Below are positions 9,857 to 20,500 of a stretch of DNA of 64,000 nucleotides, piece after piece (the first letter of the stretch is position 1; the number at the start of each line of letters is the position of its first letter). The position numbers and the translations under genes were made by a program. The notes under the pieces are model-generated. The model was not told the DNA's origin, did not search any database, and was given only the letters and a program-made list of their open reading frames with translations. The stretch is from contig CAZZMS010000090.1 of NCBI GenBank assembly GCA_964655485.1, positions 3,053 to 67,052 on the forward strand, given 5' to 3'. This stretch comes from an uncultured Pseudobdellovibrionaceae bacterium (GTDB taxonomy: Bacteria; Bdellovibrionota; Bdellovibrionia; Bdellovibrionales; Bdellovibrionaceae).

Positions 9857-10232
9857 TCGTTCATTATTGTTTTAGGTCCTTCAAAAAAAAATGACGGTGG
9901 ATTGCTATATGATCCACTTCATGGCAAATACAATCGATACATTGTCCGTTAAGTAGGTTAACTTCCTCGATTTGGTATTGGTTGTTTGCTAAATAGAAAT
10001 CTGAATCCGCATTAATTGATTTCGACTGTCACTGGCATGATGCGGTCATGTTTTTTTGATATCTAAAGTTTATTACAAAATGTTTTTTGCTAATCATGGT
10101 AACAATAGTTACTTTTTGTCTCGTTTGCTGGACGCTCTCAAAAAGCTCTTTGAAAATGAGTTTATCGTGTTAAAAAGTTAGGTAGCAGTTATGTAAGGTT
10201 GCAGTAGTTGCGATGGTTCTCAAGGAGGAGAA

Positions 10233-11750
10233 ATGACACTACAAAAAAAAATCGTAATTATTGGATTATCTGCCTGCGTGTTGGGCGTCCTAGTGGCCTT
10301 AGGATTGTCTTACCATGCGCTTCGCTCTCAAGTGATTCATGAAAAGCGAAACTTTACAGAAGGATTGCTTAATCAATTTGAGGCTGTAAGGGAATTTGTG
10401 GCCTCGCAAGGGGGATTTAGGGAGTATGCGGAAAATTTGGTGCAAAAATATCCGGATGGAAAGTTACCGGATAAGGAGAAGCAATCTCTCATGCGACGGG
10501 TTCCTATCGTGGCAGCTATGGAAACGGCTAAGAAAAAAGCTCAACAAAGTAGCTACGAGTTTCGTGTGTTTTCTGATCATCCGAGACGTAAAGAAAATCA
10601 AGCCACACCTTATGAGCTAGAGATTTTAAAACGCTTTCGTGAAGATCCTAAGCTAGAACAGTTAGAAGAGGAAATTGAGGGTCAATTTGTGTTATATCGG
10701 CCGGTCCGTCTTAGCGAGACTCAAGGTTGTCTCATTTGTCACGGTGATCCAGCGACAAGTCCATGGAAGAATGGTAAAGACATTTTAGGTTACCCCATGG
10801 AAGATCGAAAAGATGGTTACTTGCATGGCGTATTTGTGGTTAAGGCCGGTTATGAGCAAGCTCTGACTCGTGCCAAGCAGACCATGAGTTGGACGGTTTT
10901 GTGGGTGTCATTGATCGTTTTAGCCATTATGGCTTTCTTAGTGGTAACTGTGCGGAATAATTTTCTGCAATTAGAAAAGCAAAGTGAAAAGGTCTTCACG
11001 GTTATTGATGATATGAAGCGAGTCATTGCTCAGGTGCGCGACTCTAGTCACAGTTTATCTCAGAGCTCGACGGAAGCTGCGGCAAGCATTGAGGAGACGA
11101 CGGCAAGCACTGAAGAGATTAATTCCATGATCCGACTTAATAGTGAACATGCAGGAGAGAGTGAAAAAGTCTCCTCTCAGTCAGCACAACAGGCAGAGGT
11201 TGGTCATCAAAGAATTGAAGAATTAGTTTTAGCTGTGGATGAGATTCGGGGCAAAAGTGATAAAATTAAGGCGATAATATCAGTGATTGATGATATTGCT
11301 TTTCAGACAAATCTTTTAGCTCTTAATGCGGCTGTGGAGGCAGCACGCGCGGGTGAGCAGGGTAAAGGCTTTGCAGTTGTTGCAGAAGCAGTAAGAAACT
11401 TGGCGCAAAAAAGTGCAGAATCAGCGAAGGAAATCAGTCAATTGATTCTTGAGTCTGGTCAGTCAGTAGAGCAAGGAGTAGAAAAAGCACGAGCCGTGCA
11501 AGCTGCAATTGAGGAGTTAAGGGAATCCATTAAAAAAGTTTCTACCTTAAACTCAGAAATTGCCGCTTCATCCAAGGAACAGAGTCGCGGTGTTGAGGGC
11601 ATTAATCAAGCGATTCAAGAGCTAGATAAAGCGACTCAGCAAAACGCAGCGGCCAGTATGCAGTTAGCATCGATCACGGAAGAGATTGAGCGACAAAGCC
11701 AGCAGCTCCAAGACTCGATGGAACGTCTGTTAAAAGTTTTGCATGGTTAG
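10233..11750 (+). CDS. methyl-accepting chemotaxis protein with periplasmic CxxCH-containing sensor domain
   Basis: Highly conserved MCP signalling hairpin ([37 protein letters not shown]) and two TM segments. The periplasmic region carries GCLICHGDP (CxxCH at 10728-10742). SD GGAGGAG lies before the ATG. Confidence 0.85.
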   Translation: MTLQKKIVIIGLSACVLGVLVALGLSYHALRSQVIHEKRNFTEGLLNQFEAVREFVASQGGFREYAENLVQKYPDGKLPDKEKQSLMRRVPIVAAMETAKKKAQQSSYEFRVFSDHPRRKENQATPYELEILKRFREDPKLEQLEEEIEGQFVLYRPVRLSETQGCLICHGDPATSPWKNGKDILGYPMEDRKDGYLHGVFVVKAGYEQALTRAKQTMSWTVLWVSLIVLAIMAFLVVTVRNNFLQLEKQSEKVFTVIDDMKRVIAQVRDSSHSLSQSSTEAAASIEETTASTEEINSMIRLNSEHAGESEKVSSQSAQQAEVGHQRIEELVLAVDEIRGKSDKIKAIISVIDDIAFQTNLLALNAAVEAARAGEQGKGFAVVAEAVRNLAQKSAESAKEISQLILESGQSVEQGVEKARAVQAAIEELRESIKKVSTLNSEIAASSKEQSRGVEGINQAIQELDKATQQNAAASMQLASITEEIERQSQQLQDSMERLLKVLHG

Positions 11751-13597
11751 TGGTTTATGGATTGATTTTTAAACTGCGGTAACACCTGTTCAGGTTTGCC
11801 CCAGTCGCGAATACGTCCACGCTCGAGCCAAAGAATATAGTCGCAGGATTCTAGGGTCTGCAGTCGGTGAGCAATGATCAGGCTCAGTCGCCCTTGCATC
11901 TTACTTTCCAGGAGACGTGACCATACCCCTTCAGTTTGGGGATCCATGTTGCTAGTAGCTTCGTCAAGAAGTAAAACAGGACGTGGTGAAATCATGGTCC
12001 TTGCCAGTTGAATTAACTGTCGCTCTCCCACCGAGAGATTCGAGCCCTTTTCATAAATCATCAAGTGGGGTTGGCGCAACCAGGGTTCGTAAGCAAGCTC
12101 AGATAAGAGTTGGATGTAATCACTCTCGGCTAGGCGTCCGTCAGGATCGATATTGTCGCGCAAAGAGCCTTGCAGAATCAGTGGATCTTGCGGAATGAAC
12201 GCTAGCTGTTGTCTTAGCGCTTCGATACCCAGGTCCATCGAGGGTTGAGTGATAGGTAACTTAAAGGGCCCAAGTTCAATCTCGCCTTTTTCGATAGGAT
12301 ATAGGTGGGCAAGAATCTGAACAAATGAGCTTTTGCCGGAGCCTGTCTGGCCGACAATACCAATTTTGGCTTGCGGTAACTCGATATGAATGTCTTGCAA
12401 AATCCAAGGTCCGTCTTTTTTGTAGCGGAAATACACATGTTTCCACTGAATACTTGAAATCGGGAGGAGGTGGTTGTTGGGAATGGCTCCATTCCATGTA
12501 AAATTTTGGCTTTCTATATCTTTTTTCGAGGATGTAAAACTCGGAGAAAGCCGATGCTTCTGATGTTCTGGGGTGGGAAAGCGTGCTTCATCGGGTAACA
12601 GGGCGGCCTGCTCCAAAGGTCTCCTAAGATAGTCATCAAGTCGCATCACCCCTACGTTAGCTTCCTCGAATTGTGCTAGCCACTCAAAAAACATTTGAAT
12701 GCTGTTACTTGAAAGAGTGATAAGGCCTAAGCTTAAGCCCAAATCACCCCAAGTCGTCCAACCACGTTCAATGCCCCACCAAGAAAGAAGGGCAACTAAA
12801 ATGTAAAGTAACAAGGAAAGTCCATTAAGGGCTAAAGTGAAATAGGCTAAAGTTTTTTGGGTTTTCCACTTTTGGTCCAAATAAAGCCTGTCTTCTTGAG
12901 AAAAGCGGGTGGTGAAGCTGGATTCCCTGAATAGCCAACGAATGATGCTGGATCCTTGAAGGGTTTCAGCAAAGTGCGCAATGCTTGGGGCGCGTCGCTT
13001 CGACAGCTCCTCGCGATTGTGGCGCAAATACGGGGCCCACCTGCGATAAATAGCATAGTAACCTATGGCTCCAACAATAACGGAAAGAGCATATCCCCAA
13101 TGAGTCCCAACCAGAATCAGCGCAATCCAGATTAAATCAAAAACGATACTCAAAAACTCTGCAAGCGGGCCACCAAACAATCGAAAAGCACTCCCATAGT
13201 CGCTAGAAAATCGGGTAACAATACGTCCGACTGGGGTTTGGTCGAAAAAACTCATGGGAAATCGTGAAACGCGCAGGGCGACCTCGTCGTGAATATGGCT
13301 GATCATTAAGGCGTTTAAGTGAGAAAATTGAATGCGAAAGATCCATGTACATAATAAACCTGACGAGAGGAGTACAATTAATCCTATGAAAAACTCATGA
13401 TGCCCTTTCAGCCAAAGAGCCCAGTGACTCGAGCGAGCTCCTCCCAATAGAAAATCCACGTAGGCGGCGATCCAACTACCACTGGCCAAAACTAAGCCTC
13501 TCCCAAGAAACCCTAGTATTACCCAAGTGGCAAGGGCTACCCATTGTCCTTCTAGCGACCAGAGGAGAGTTTGGTAATGTTTAGTGTTTGATTTCAT
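11747..13597 (-). CDS. ABC exporter, fused permease/ATPase subunit (canonical nucleotide-binding site)
   Basis: Six-helix TMD region, Walker [10 protein letters not shown], signature LSVGERQ, Walker B LLLDEATS. Overlaps the upstream partner gene by 17 nt. Confidence 0.85.
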   Translation of the reverse strand: MKSNTKHYQTLLWSLEGQWVALATWVILGFLGRGLVLASGSWIAAYVDFLLGGARSSHWALWLKGHHEFFIGLIVLLSSGLLCTWIFRIQFSHLNALMISHIHDEVALRVSRFPMSFFDQTPVGRIVTRFSSDYGSAFRLFGGPLAEFLSIVFDLIWIALILVGTHWGYALSVIVGAIGYYAIYRRWAPYLRHNREELSKRRAPSIAHFAETLQGSSIIRWLFRESSFTTRFSQEDRLYLDQKWKTQKTLAYFTLALNGLSLLLYILVALLSWWGIERGWTTWGDLGLSLGLITLSSNSIQMFFEWLAQFEEANVGVMRLDDYLRRPLEQAALLPDEARFPTPEHQKHRLSPSFTSSKKDIESQNFTWNGAIPNNHLLPISSIQWKHVYFRYKKDGPWILQDIHIELPQAKIGIVGQTGSGKSSFVQILAHLYPIEKGEIELGPFKLPITQPSMDLGIEALRQQLAFIPQDPLILQGSLRDNIDPDGRLAESDYIQLLSELAYEPWLRQPHLMIYEKGSNLSVGERQLIQLARTMISPRPVLLLDEATSNMDPQTEGVWSRLLESKMQGRLSLIIAHRLQTLESCDYILWLERGRIRDWGKPEQVLPQFKNQSINH

Positions 13598-15413
13598 TCT
13601 CGTTCTCTAAGTCGAAGTTCGATTGATAACTCTGTGTAGACCATTGAGGAATCATCTCGATGAGTTTCCCATTTTCGATGCGAAACACACGGTCTGCGTA
13701 AGTCATGGTTTCGCGACGATGGCACACCATGATTCTTGTGGCTTTGTGCGGAGAGCTTTTTATTTGTTCAAGAATATTTTTTTCGGTGAGGATATCTAAT
13801 GCGCTGAAAGAATCATCAAAGAGAAAAATCGGTGTTTGTTTATCCAGTAAGCGAGCCAAATTGAGGCGTTGTTTTTGGCCTCCTGACAGATTGACTCCTC
13901 TTTCTCCGATGAGAGTATCCAGGCCGGCATCAAGTCGCTCCGCTACAGGATCGAACTGAGCACATAAGAGTCGCTCGTAAAGCAGGTGATCATCAGTCTT
14001 CTCTGCATCATACTCTAAGTGAAGGTTGTCGCGCATACTGCTTGAGATGAGGAAGGATTCTTGGGGTGAATAGGTGAAAAATAATTTCCATAATTTTCGC
14101 GGAAAGTTCAGGAGAGAAAGAGGGCCTATCTGATAGATCTCAAAATGGGCGTCGGTTTCGCCCATTAAAGAATTAAGAAGCAGGCTTTTTCCTGCTCCCA
14201 CCGCCCCTGTTATGGCAATCCATTCTCCGCTTTTTACCTCGAAGGAAATCCCTTCAAGGATTTTTTTATTGGCCAGCTCAAGAGTGAGTCCCTGTACTTT
14301 TAAGCTCCCTAAATGAGAGCCTTTTTTCAAAATTATGCTATTTAGCCAATCAATCAGCTCGACTTCGGTTTGCGGAGACTTTGAGTCTTGGGGGTCAAGC
14401 TTCAAACTCCGATGGACGTAAGTGTAAATGTTAGAAATCGTCCCCTGGTCTAACTCTCTGTTGAAATCTGGGGGGGAGTTTAATTGGTGAAAGGTATTAT
14501 AAATTCGCTGAATCGAGGTCCAAGCGTCAAAAACAAAGGTAAAAAACCAGGGTAGCTGCCGAAAACTACGTGTCAAAAAGACACTCACAATCCAGTAAAT
14601 GCCTAGAATGTTACCAGGGCTCATCGACGAGCTTCGCCATAAAAAAAACGCCGTAAAAATGAAAGTCATCGTACTAGCTAGGGTGTTCATGGTTTGTCCG
14701 TTAGTCAGCATACCCAAGCGATTTTCTGTTTCTATCTCACGGGCCTTTCGAATGTTTTGCTCAAAGCGAGACGATAAATTGAGCAAACGAATCCAGCGGA
14801 TGTTTTGAATCCATTCATTAATTAGCCCCACTCGCTTCGCTGCCAGTTCTTTAAAGCGCTTGAAAAAGAGACTTTGTCGAAAGGCGAGAAGAAGGTTTAG
14901 CAGGGTGAAAATGGTAAGACTGAGTAGAAGATCTACGGCAGGCACATGAAAAATCTTGTGCAGCGCTAGGGGGGCCAAGATTAAGGGAAATAGAATATTG
15001 AGTCCCTGCGGAAGACTTTGCTCAAGTAAAATCGTGCTGGAGGGAATGTCGGTAGCATAGATGGCGATAAGCTCTCCAATGCTCTTACCCTTCCGGTCGA
15101 TGGAGCGCAGATTTAGTAGGTGAAGGTAGAGTTGTTTAGAGAGAAGGGCTTGAGTTTCGTTCGCTATTTTTTGACAGGATAAGTTAAGCCCCTGATATAA
15201 AAAAAAATAGCTAAGTAATGAGCCAGCCGCAGCTATCAGCCAAGTCCATTGAACTTGCGTGGACAAAGAGTCAAAAAAAGCTTTTTGCAGCAGAGGTGTC
15301 GCTATACCCAGGGTACTCACAACAAGCGCAAGTGCGACAACGCCTATTTTATAGAGGGGACGATAAAGTAACATCCACCACAGCAATTGATGGGCACTTT
15401 GCCAAGGGAGCAT
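13581..15413 (-). CDS. ABC exporter, fused permease/ATPase subunit (degenerate Walker B)
   Basis: Walker A GAVGAGKSL, signature LSGGQKQR. Walker B IFLFDDSFSALD has Asp in place of the catalytic Glu. Confidence 0.85.
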   Translation of the reverse strand: MLPWQSAHQLLWWMLLYRPLYKIGVVALALVVSTLGIATPLLQKAFFDSLSTQVQWTWLIAAAGSLLSYFFLYQGLNLSCQKIANETQALLSKQLYLHLLNLRSIDRKGKSIGELIAIYATDIPSSTILLEQSLPQGLNILFPLILAPLALHKIFHVPAVDLLLSLTIFTLLNLLLAFRQSLFFKRFKELAAKRVGLINEWIQNIRWIRLLNLSSRFEQNIRKAREIETENRLGMLTNGQTMNTLASTMTFIFTAFFLWRSSSMSPGNILGIYWIVSVFLTRSFRQLPWFFTFVFDAWTSIQRIYNTFHQLNSPPDFNRELDQGTISNIYTYVHRSLKLDPQDSKSPQTEVELIDWLNSIILKKGSHLGSLKVQGLTLELANKKILEGISFEVKSGEWIAITGAVGAGKSLLLNSLMGETDAHFEIYQIGPLSLLNFPRKLWKLFFTYSPQESFLISSSMRDNLHLEYDAEKTDDHLLYERLLCAQFDPVAERLDAGLDTLIGERGVNLSGGQKQRLNLARLLDKQTPIFLFDDSFSALDILTEKNILEQIKSSPHKATRIMVCHRRETMTYADRVFRIENGKLIEMIPQWSTQSYQSNFDLENENEIKH

Positions 15414-15532
15414 GGGGTTTTAAACTACCAGAACCTCCGGGTCTTAGCATCCTCTAAGGGAAGATTCTTGCCATGAGGCATTAGCCTTGATGAAATGACA
15501 AATCAAAGGCGAGATACGGGAAGAGGACAAGA

Positions 15533-16762
15533 TTGGTGAGGCAAACTCGTCGTGATTTTATTAAAAATGTGGGCTGGGGTCTAGGTTCAGCGGCCCTGCT
15601 TGAAGCGTGCACTACCCTGGATCAGTTGTTTTTTGGGGAGTCGGCTGATTTACGTTCAAAAGTCGCGATTATTGGTGCGGGGCTTAGTGGCCTGTTATGC
15701 GCTTGGGAGCTTAAAAAACGTAAAGTCCCTTTTGTGATTTTTGAGAGTTCCACACGTTTGGGAGGCCAGATTGTCACCCTGAACTCTCCCGCAGGAGCAG
15801 AAAGTTTTTGGGTGGAAATGGGTCCAGGTCAAGGATTTTGGCCAGATAACAAAAGGATACTTAGTATTATTCGCGAGCTGCAACTGCAGACCTTGGAGTT
15901 ACCTGTGGCTCGTCCTGCCAAGGGCTTCGAAGCGGAGCGAGCTTTTAGCTTGTGGCAGTGGGGCTTACCTCCTGAGGAGTTAGATTCGCAGGGTGGCTTG
16001 GGTCAAGACTCTTTGAAAGTTGTTTCCGCCAAAACTTCGCCTTTCCTTGTGATTGATAAGGGGGCACAAAGACTCATTGAAGCCCTGAGCGGGCAACTTT
16101 TTGGTTCTTTTGTGGAGGGATATGTTCGTTTACAGCATGAGTGGATCGCCGTGGAGCCTAATGGGAATCATTGGGATTTAATTTTTCGCACCCCGCACGG
16201 ACGCAGAAGATTTGAGGTTGAACAAGTGATTGTAGCTTTTAATCCTTGGTTACTTTCTCACGTAAAAGGTGCTGAAGCGTGGGTCAGTTGGCCTGGGGGG
16301 GGGCCATTGATCCCCTGGTCAAGGGTGGAGCAACGACTTAGGACTTCTGCGCCTAAAAGCGAAGGTCTCTTGCGTGCGGGTGAGCGTGAGGTTAGTTGGT
16401 TTTATACGTGGAGGCGTAAAAATGTGTGGGGGGATGTGAAGTCTCAAGAAAGTTGGCTCATGTCCCGAGGGCCATCTCAGACCCATGTTAGGCCAGCCTT
16501 TTTGCGCTCTGAGGATTCAGGAGTGACTCTCAGTTGGGATTGGGCATGGCAGAAGGGGGTGCGGGGTTGTAGTCTTCCCCCCGTTCGCAGAGAACGGTGT
16601 CCTTCACTTTCTTTACCCGCTTCCTGGCAACATACTCATCTCTGGTTGCGGGAGTCCAAGGGAGAGGGCTGCTCCAGCCCCTGGGAGCTATGCGCGTGGG
16701 CGGCTCAGCAGGTGGCAGAACGAGTCGTTGATACCAGCCTCATAAGTCGAAAAAGGCTTTGA
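15533..16762 (+). CDS. Tat-exported FAD-dependent amine-oxidase-like oxidoreductase
   Basis: Twin-arginine signal TRRDFIKNVGWGLGSAALLEAC and dinucleotide fold IIGAGLSGLLCAWEL...FESSTRLGG. The C-terminal third is W/R-rich and poorly recognisable. Confidence 0.65.
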   Translation: MVRQTRRDFIKNVGWGLGSAALLEACTTLDQLFFGESADLRSKVAIIGAGLSGLLCAWELKKRKVPFVIFESSTRLGGQIVTLNSPAGAESFWVEMGPGQGFWPDNKRILSIIRELQLQTLELPVARPAKGFEAERAFSLWQWGLPPEELDSQGGLGQDSLKVVSAKTSPFLVIDKGAQRLIEALSGQLFGSFVEGYVRLQHEWIAVEPNGNHWDLIFRTPHGRRRFEVEQVIVAFNPWLLSHVKGAEAWVSWPGGGPLIPWSRVEQRLRTSAPKSEGLLRAGEREVSWFYTWRRKNVWGDVKSQESWLMSRGPSQTHVRPAFLRSEDSGVTLSWDWAWQKGVRGCSLPPVRRERCPSLSLPASWQHTHLWLRESKGEGCSSPWELCAWAAQQVAERVVDTSLISRKRL

Positions 16763-16857
16763 GTTTTCTGTTTTTTTTCAGGTCACCGGGGGAGAGTTGG
16801 CTTTTTGTGCTCTCATCTGTTAGGTCATAGAGACACTAGCTGGAGAAAGAGGCCACC

Positions 16858-17532
16858 ATGTCAAAAAATAGCATTGAGACTAGGATCTCGGATCAGGTGA
16901 TTGCGAAAGCTTTGAGTCTGGTTACCCCCACGCCTACGTTAAAGAGCGCGGGTAAAACACCGGAACAAAAAATTGAGCGCATCACATCGCTGATGGCGCA
17001 GGTTCTAGAAGAGTTAGGTTTAGATCTCAGTGATGACAGTTTAAAAGATACGCCTCGCCGGATCGCCAAGATGTACGTCAATGAAATTTTTTGGGGACTT
17101 GACGAAAAAAGCTTTCCCAAAATGACAGTCATCTCTAACAAAATGGAATATGAGCAAATGGTGCAAGTGCGTGGCATTAAAGTGATGAGTATGTGCGAGC
17201 ATCATTTTATGCCTATCCATGGTGTGGCCACCGTGGCGTATATTCCCAATAAAAAAGTCGTTGGCTTATCCAAGATCAATCGATTAGTGGATTATTTTTG
17301 CCGCAGGCCTCAGGTGCAGGAACGTCTGACCAAGCAGATCGCTGATATGCTCCAGCAGTTACTGCAAACGGAACATGTGGCCGTCCATATCGAAGCCAAG
17401 CATTATTGTGTGATCGCTCGTGGGGTGGAGGATGTACAATCCACCACGGTGACCACAGACCTACGTGGACATTTTTTGAGTTTGCCGCACACTCGTCAGG
17501 AGTTTCTTAGTTCGGTGAGTCGGTGGGATTAA
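16858..17532 (+). CDS. folE: GTP cyclohydrolase I
   Basis: MCEHHFMPIHG zinc/active-site motif, QVQERLT motif, FolE size. Confidence 0.9.
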   Translation: MSKNSIETRISDQVIAKALSLVTPTPTLKSAGKTPEQKIERITSLMAQVLEELGLDLSDDSLKDTPRRIAKMYVNEIFWGLDEKSFPKMTVISNKMEYEQMVQVRGIKVMSMCEHHFMPIHGVATVAYIPNKKVVGLSKINRLVDYFCRRPQVQERLTKQIADMLQQLLQTEHVAVHIEAKHYCVIARGVEDVQSTTVTTDLRGHFLSLPHTRQEFLSSVSRWD

Positions 17533-17535
17533 GTA

Positions 17536-17572
17536 CAAAGTCCTCGTTGTCAGACGAGGGCTTTGTGATTTC
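17536..17572. terminator. hairpin between convergent folE and the giant lipoprotein gene (candidate bidirectional terminator)
   Basis: CAAAGTCCTCGT (17536-17547) pairs with ACGAGGGCTTTG (17554-17565), with one G-U pair and a 6-nt loop. Only a weak T tract follows. Confidence 0.5.
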
Positions 17573-17589
17573 TGAGGTTATCATGCGTA

Positions 17590-20500
17590 TTACTTGGCTA
17601 AAGCCATAGGAATTTGCGATTTCCATGCGGTCCCGAAGTAAATATCGTAACTGTTGCAACCTTGAGCGGGGCAAGTGCTGGGTCCGTAGAACTTAGCCTG
17701 GTAACGGATTTGGTTACCATTGTTCCATTGTTTGCTGGCAGGAAGTTCATCGTATTTGACAGAGATACGAGTGACATGAGCTTGGCTCAATGAAACTAAC
17801 TCGTCTTTCTCACTCACGCCATTATGATTGCGATCGAACCAAACTATGAGGCGAGAGAAAATAGGATCTTTTTCATTAATTTCTCCATCTCGGTTTTCAT
17901 CGTATTGAGCCAAAGCAGCATACCCGTTCGGTGCGTATTCTCCGGTACGGTGGAGAGTCATGAATTCACCAAACAACTCACCACCATGATCTATTCGACT
18001 GTTACCATTCAGATCCAGGGCTAATAATCCCACGTGCTCCGTTTCTTTAATCCAGCCAATTTGCTGTTTAAAACCCAGCTGGGCGAGATCAAATTGAATC
18101 ATAGACTCAGTACTCGATATAGTTTGAGGTAATCCTCGGCTTACGAAATCTAACACAACAGGTGAGTACAAGGTCATGGAGTAGGTTTGAGCTGTGCCAC
18201 GGGTTTCTGCTCCTGAGTTGGCAACGTAGATGGGGGTGAGGGAAATTATGCCCTCTTGATAGGCGTATCCTCGTTGAACAGCAGGATCTAGGATGCCAGG
18301 AACTTGCGCATCAAATACGCCTTGTCTGTGGTTACCATCAACAATCCGTCGGATGGGGAAGGAGTTACTAGCAGGGCCCCGGAAGTCAATCGTTCGGACT
18401 ACAGAGGCGTTGATTGTTGATTTAAACTCAATTTTGTGCGCAGATCCCCAAATGCGGTATAGGACATTATCTTTGTGTTGTGAACCTTGACGGAAATTGA
18501 ACATACACTGGTCTGACCAAATATTGTTACCCGACGTGATACCCCAGTGACCAACAAACGCATTGCCATTAGGTAAATTAGCAACACTGTTCATGGTACC
18601 AAAGCAGGTAGCATTCCCTTGGGTAACATGGCGGACAGCTAGAAGGCGTGGAGTGAAGGGCTCCTCAATTTGATTGCGGCCAGAATTGTTGATTTGCTGG
18701 ATAAGGTTGTGAATGTTCTGGTCAATATTTGCAGCCGCTTGTACGCGTTGTCTCAGTTCAGGTGATGCTAAAGGATCGGTCATGGCTAGGGCTGCCACAT
18801 ATCCCATCGCATCACGCAGTTGATTGATTTGATTGGCCATGGCAGCATTTTGCTGCTGTCGAGTAGCAATTTCGTTTTGTAGTTGAGTTCTTACGTTAGC
18901 TAGCCCCGTGTTCATGGCAGCCATGTTGTCACGGAATTGGGCTAGGTAAGCTTGGAACTGATTCTGGAATCCATTTTGAATACTCAGGTCACGTTGGATC
19001 GCAATCAAATCCTCAACCTCATTATTGAGCAGAGCGTGTCTTCTTTCAGTGACTGCTAAATCCACCAAACGGTTCACAATCTCAGCTAAACGAGCGTCGG
19101 AGGTATCTCGCCCTGAGGCTGTGGACGCTAAAATGAGGGTGTGCAAGGCGCCTAATTTAGCGAACACATCTTTGGCGTCTTTGACCAAAAGACTAGCCAG
19201 TCGCTCAAGAGTAGCATTCTGACTAAGCTGTGTGCGATGAGCAGCAAAGCGGCTATCATTCAACAACATATTGCGGGCGAACTGATCAATAGCATTCAAG
19301 CAAGCCACATTGACTTGTTGCGCAGGATCCAAGCGATAATCAAAAATTCGCGCCAAAAGAGCTTGTTGAAAGCTATTGGATGAAACCACGCCTTGATGGT
19401 TGAAAAAGATGCTGTTGTTTTGTGCGTTACTTGAGCGAATACCACCCACGAGAGCTCGCAGATAAGCGATAGCTAGGATTTCATGAGTATCTCTTCCTAC
19501 AATGTTGGTGAAAGGGGTTTGACGGACTTGCACTTGACACTGAGGCCCTACTTGTTGCCCGAACTCGACATCATAAAAGGGGCGATTGTTTTGGTTCGGA
19601 TTTAATGTTTTAAAGACCTCGGTAATAATATCGAAACTGCTAACGGCAATACCGCGTGCAAGTAAGGTCGCCAATTCAGTATGACGATCCGCCAGTTGAG
19701 CCCTAGTGAGATCCACAGAGTAACCCATGGCAGCAGCGATGGCATTTGTTAGGAGATCTGTTTTAGCGGCTCGCTCAGCTCCAACAGCGGCAAGTTCGGC
19801 GCTACGTTGAGATAACTGGTTAGCGATTTCTTGGCCTGAAGCCGAAGCTAATCCAGCCATGCTTCTTGCGATATCCATAAAACGAGACTCCGTAGTCTGT
19901 TTCAGGCGATTGATCTGTTGATTGAGTTCTTGTTCGGTGAGTTGAAATCTTTGCGCTACGGAACGCTTTTCTTCCTCGAAATCCGCACGGAGTGAGGCAA
20001 TTTGACGTGAAAGGTTTCCAGAAACTTCGTTGATGCGAGTGGCGAGAGCGACGTCGTTAAGAGCGAGAGAGTAAGTGACTCCGTATAGACCACAATGTTT
20101 CCAAGGCTCGTTAGGACAGTTGGCAGCAGAGCCATTTGAGGAGGATTGAGATTGATTTTGAATTAACCCCAAAATTTGCTGAACATTTGGGTCGGATAAA
20201 CCTGTCAGACACTCAGGACGACATTGGTTACCACCGTAAATAGCTCGAGCATGAAGTTCTGATTGCTTGGCGAGATAATTAATAGCGATCTCCTGACGCA
20301 TATTGAGTAGAATCTCTAGACGATCTTTACCTGACATATTTTGCCAGTGGGAGCAATCTTGTGGGCGCGTGTGTCCTTGGCAAGCACCACAGAAAGTAGG
20401 ATAACGAGCGACACATACCGAATACAGCACTTGTTCTTTGGAGCGGACGCAAGCCTCACTAACAGAAACGCCCAAGCCAGGAAGTTGGGCAACGCCGAAC

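Noticed and set aside
9857-10232. Minus-strand frame encoding …NGQCIDCICHEVDHIAIHRHFF… in the 375-bp region upstream of the MCP gene
   Set aside because: The frame is bounded by a TGA upstream and contains no ATG, GTG or TTG start, so no gene can be supported.
15533-16762. Possible frameshift or pseudogene in the FAD oxidase, because the C-terminal third is W/R-rich and follows a G9 run
   Set aside because: Hand translation shows both alternative frames terminate within about 2-12 codons after the G tract, while the annotated frame stays open for about 150 codons. It ends with an amine-oxidase-like …HLWL…ELCAWAAQQVAERV segment, so it is treated as intact.
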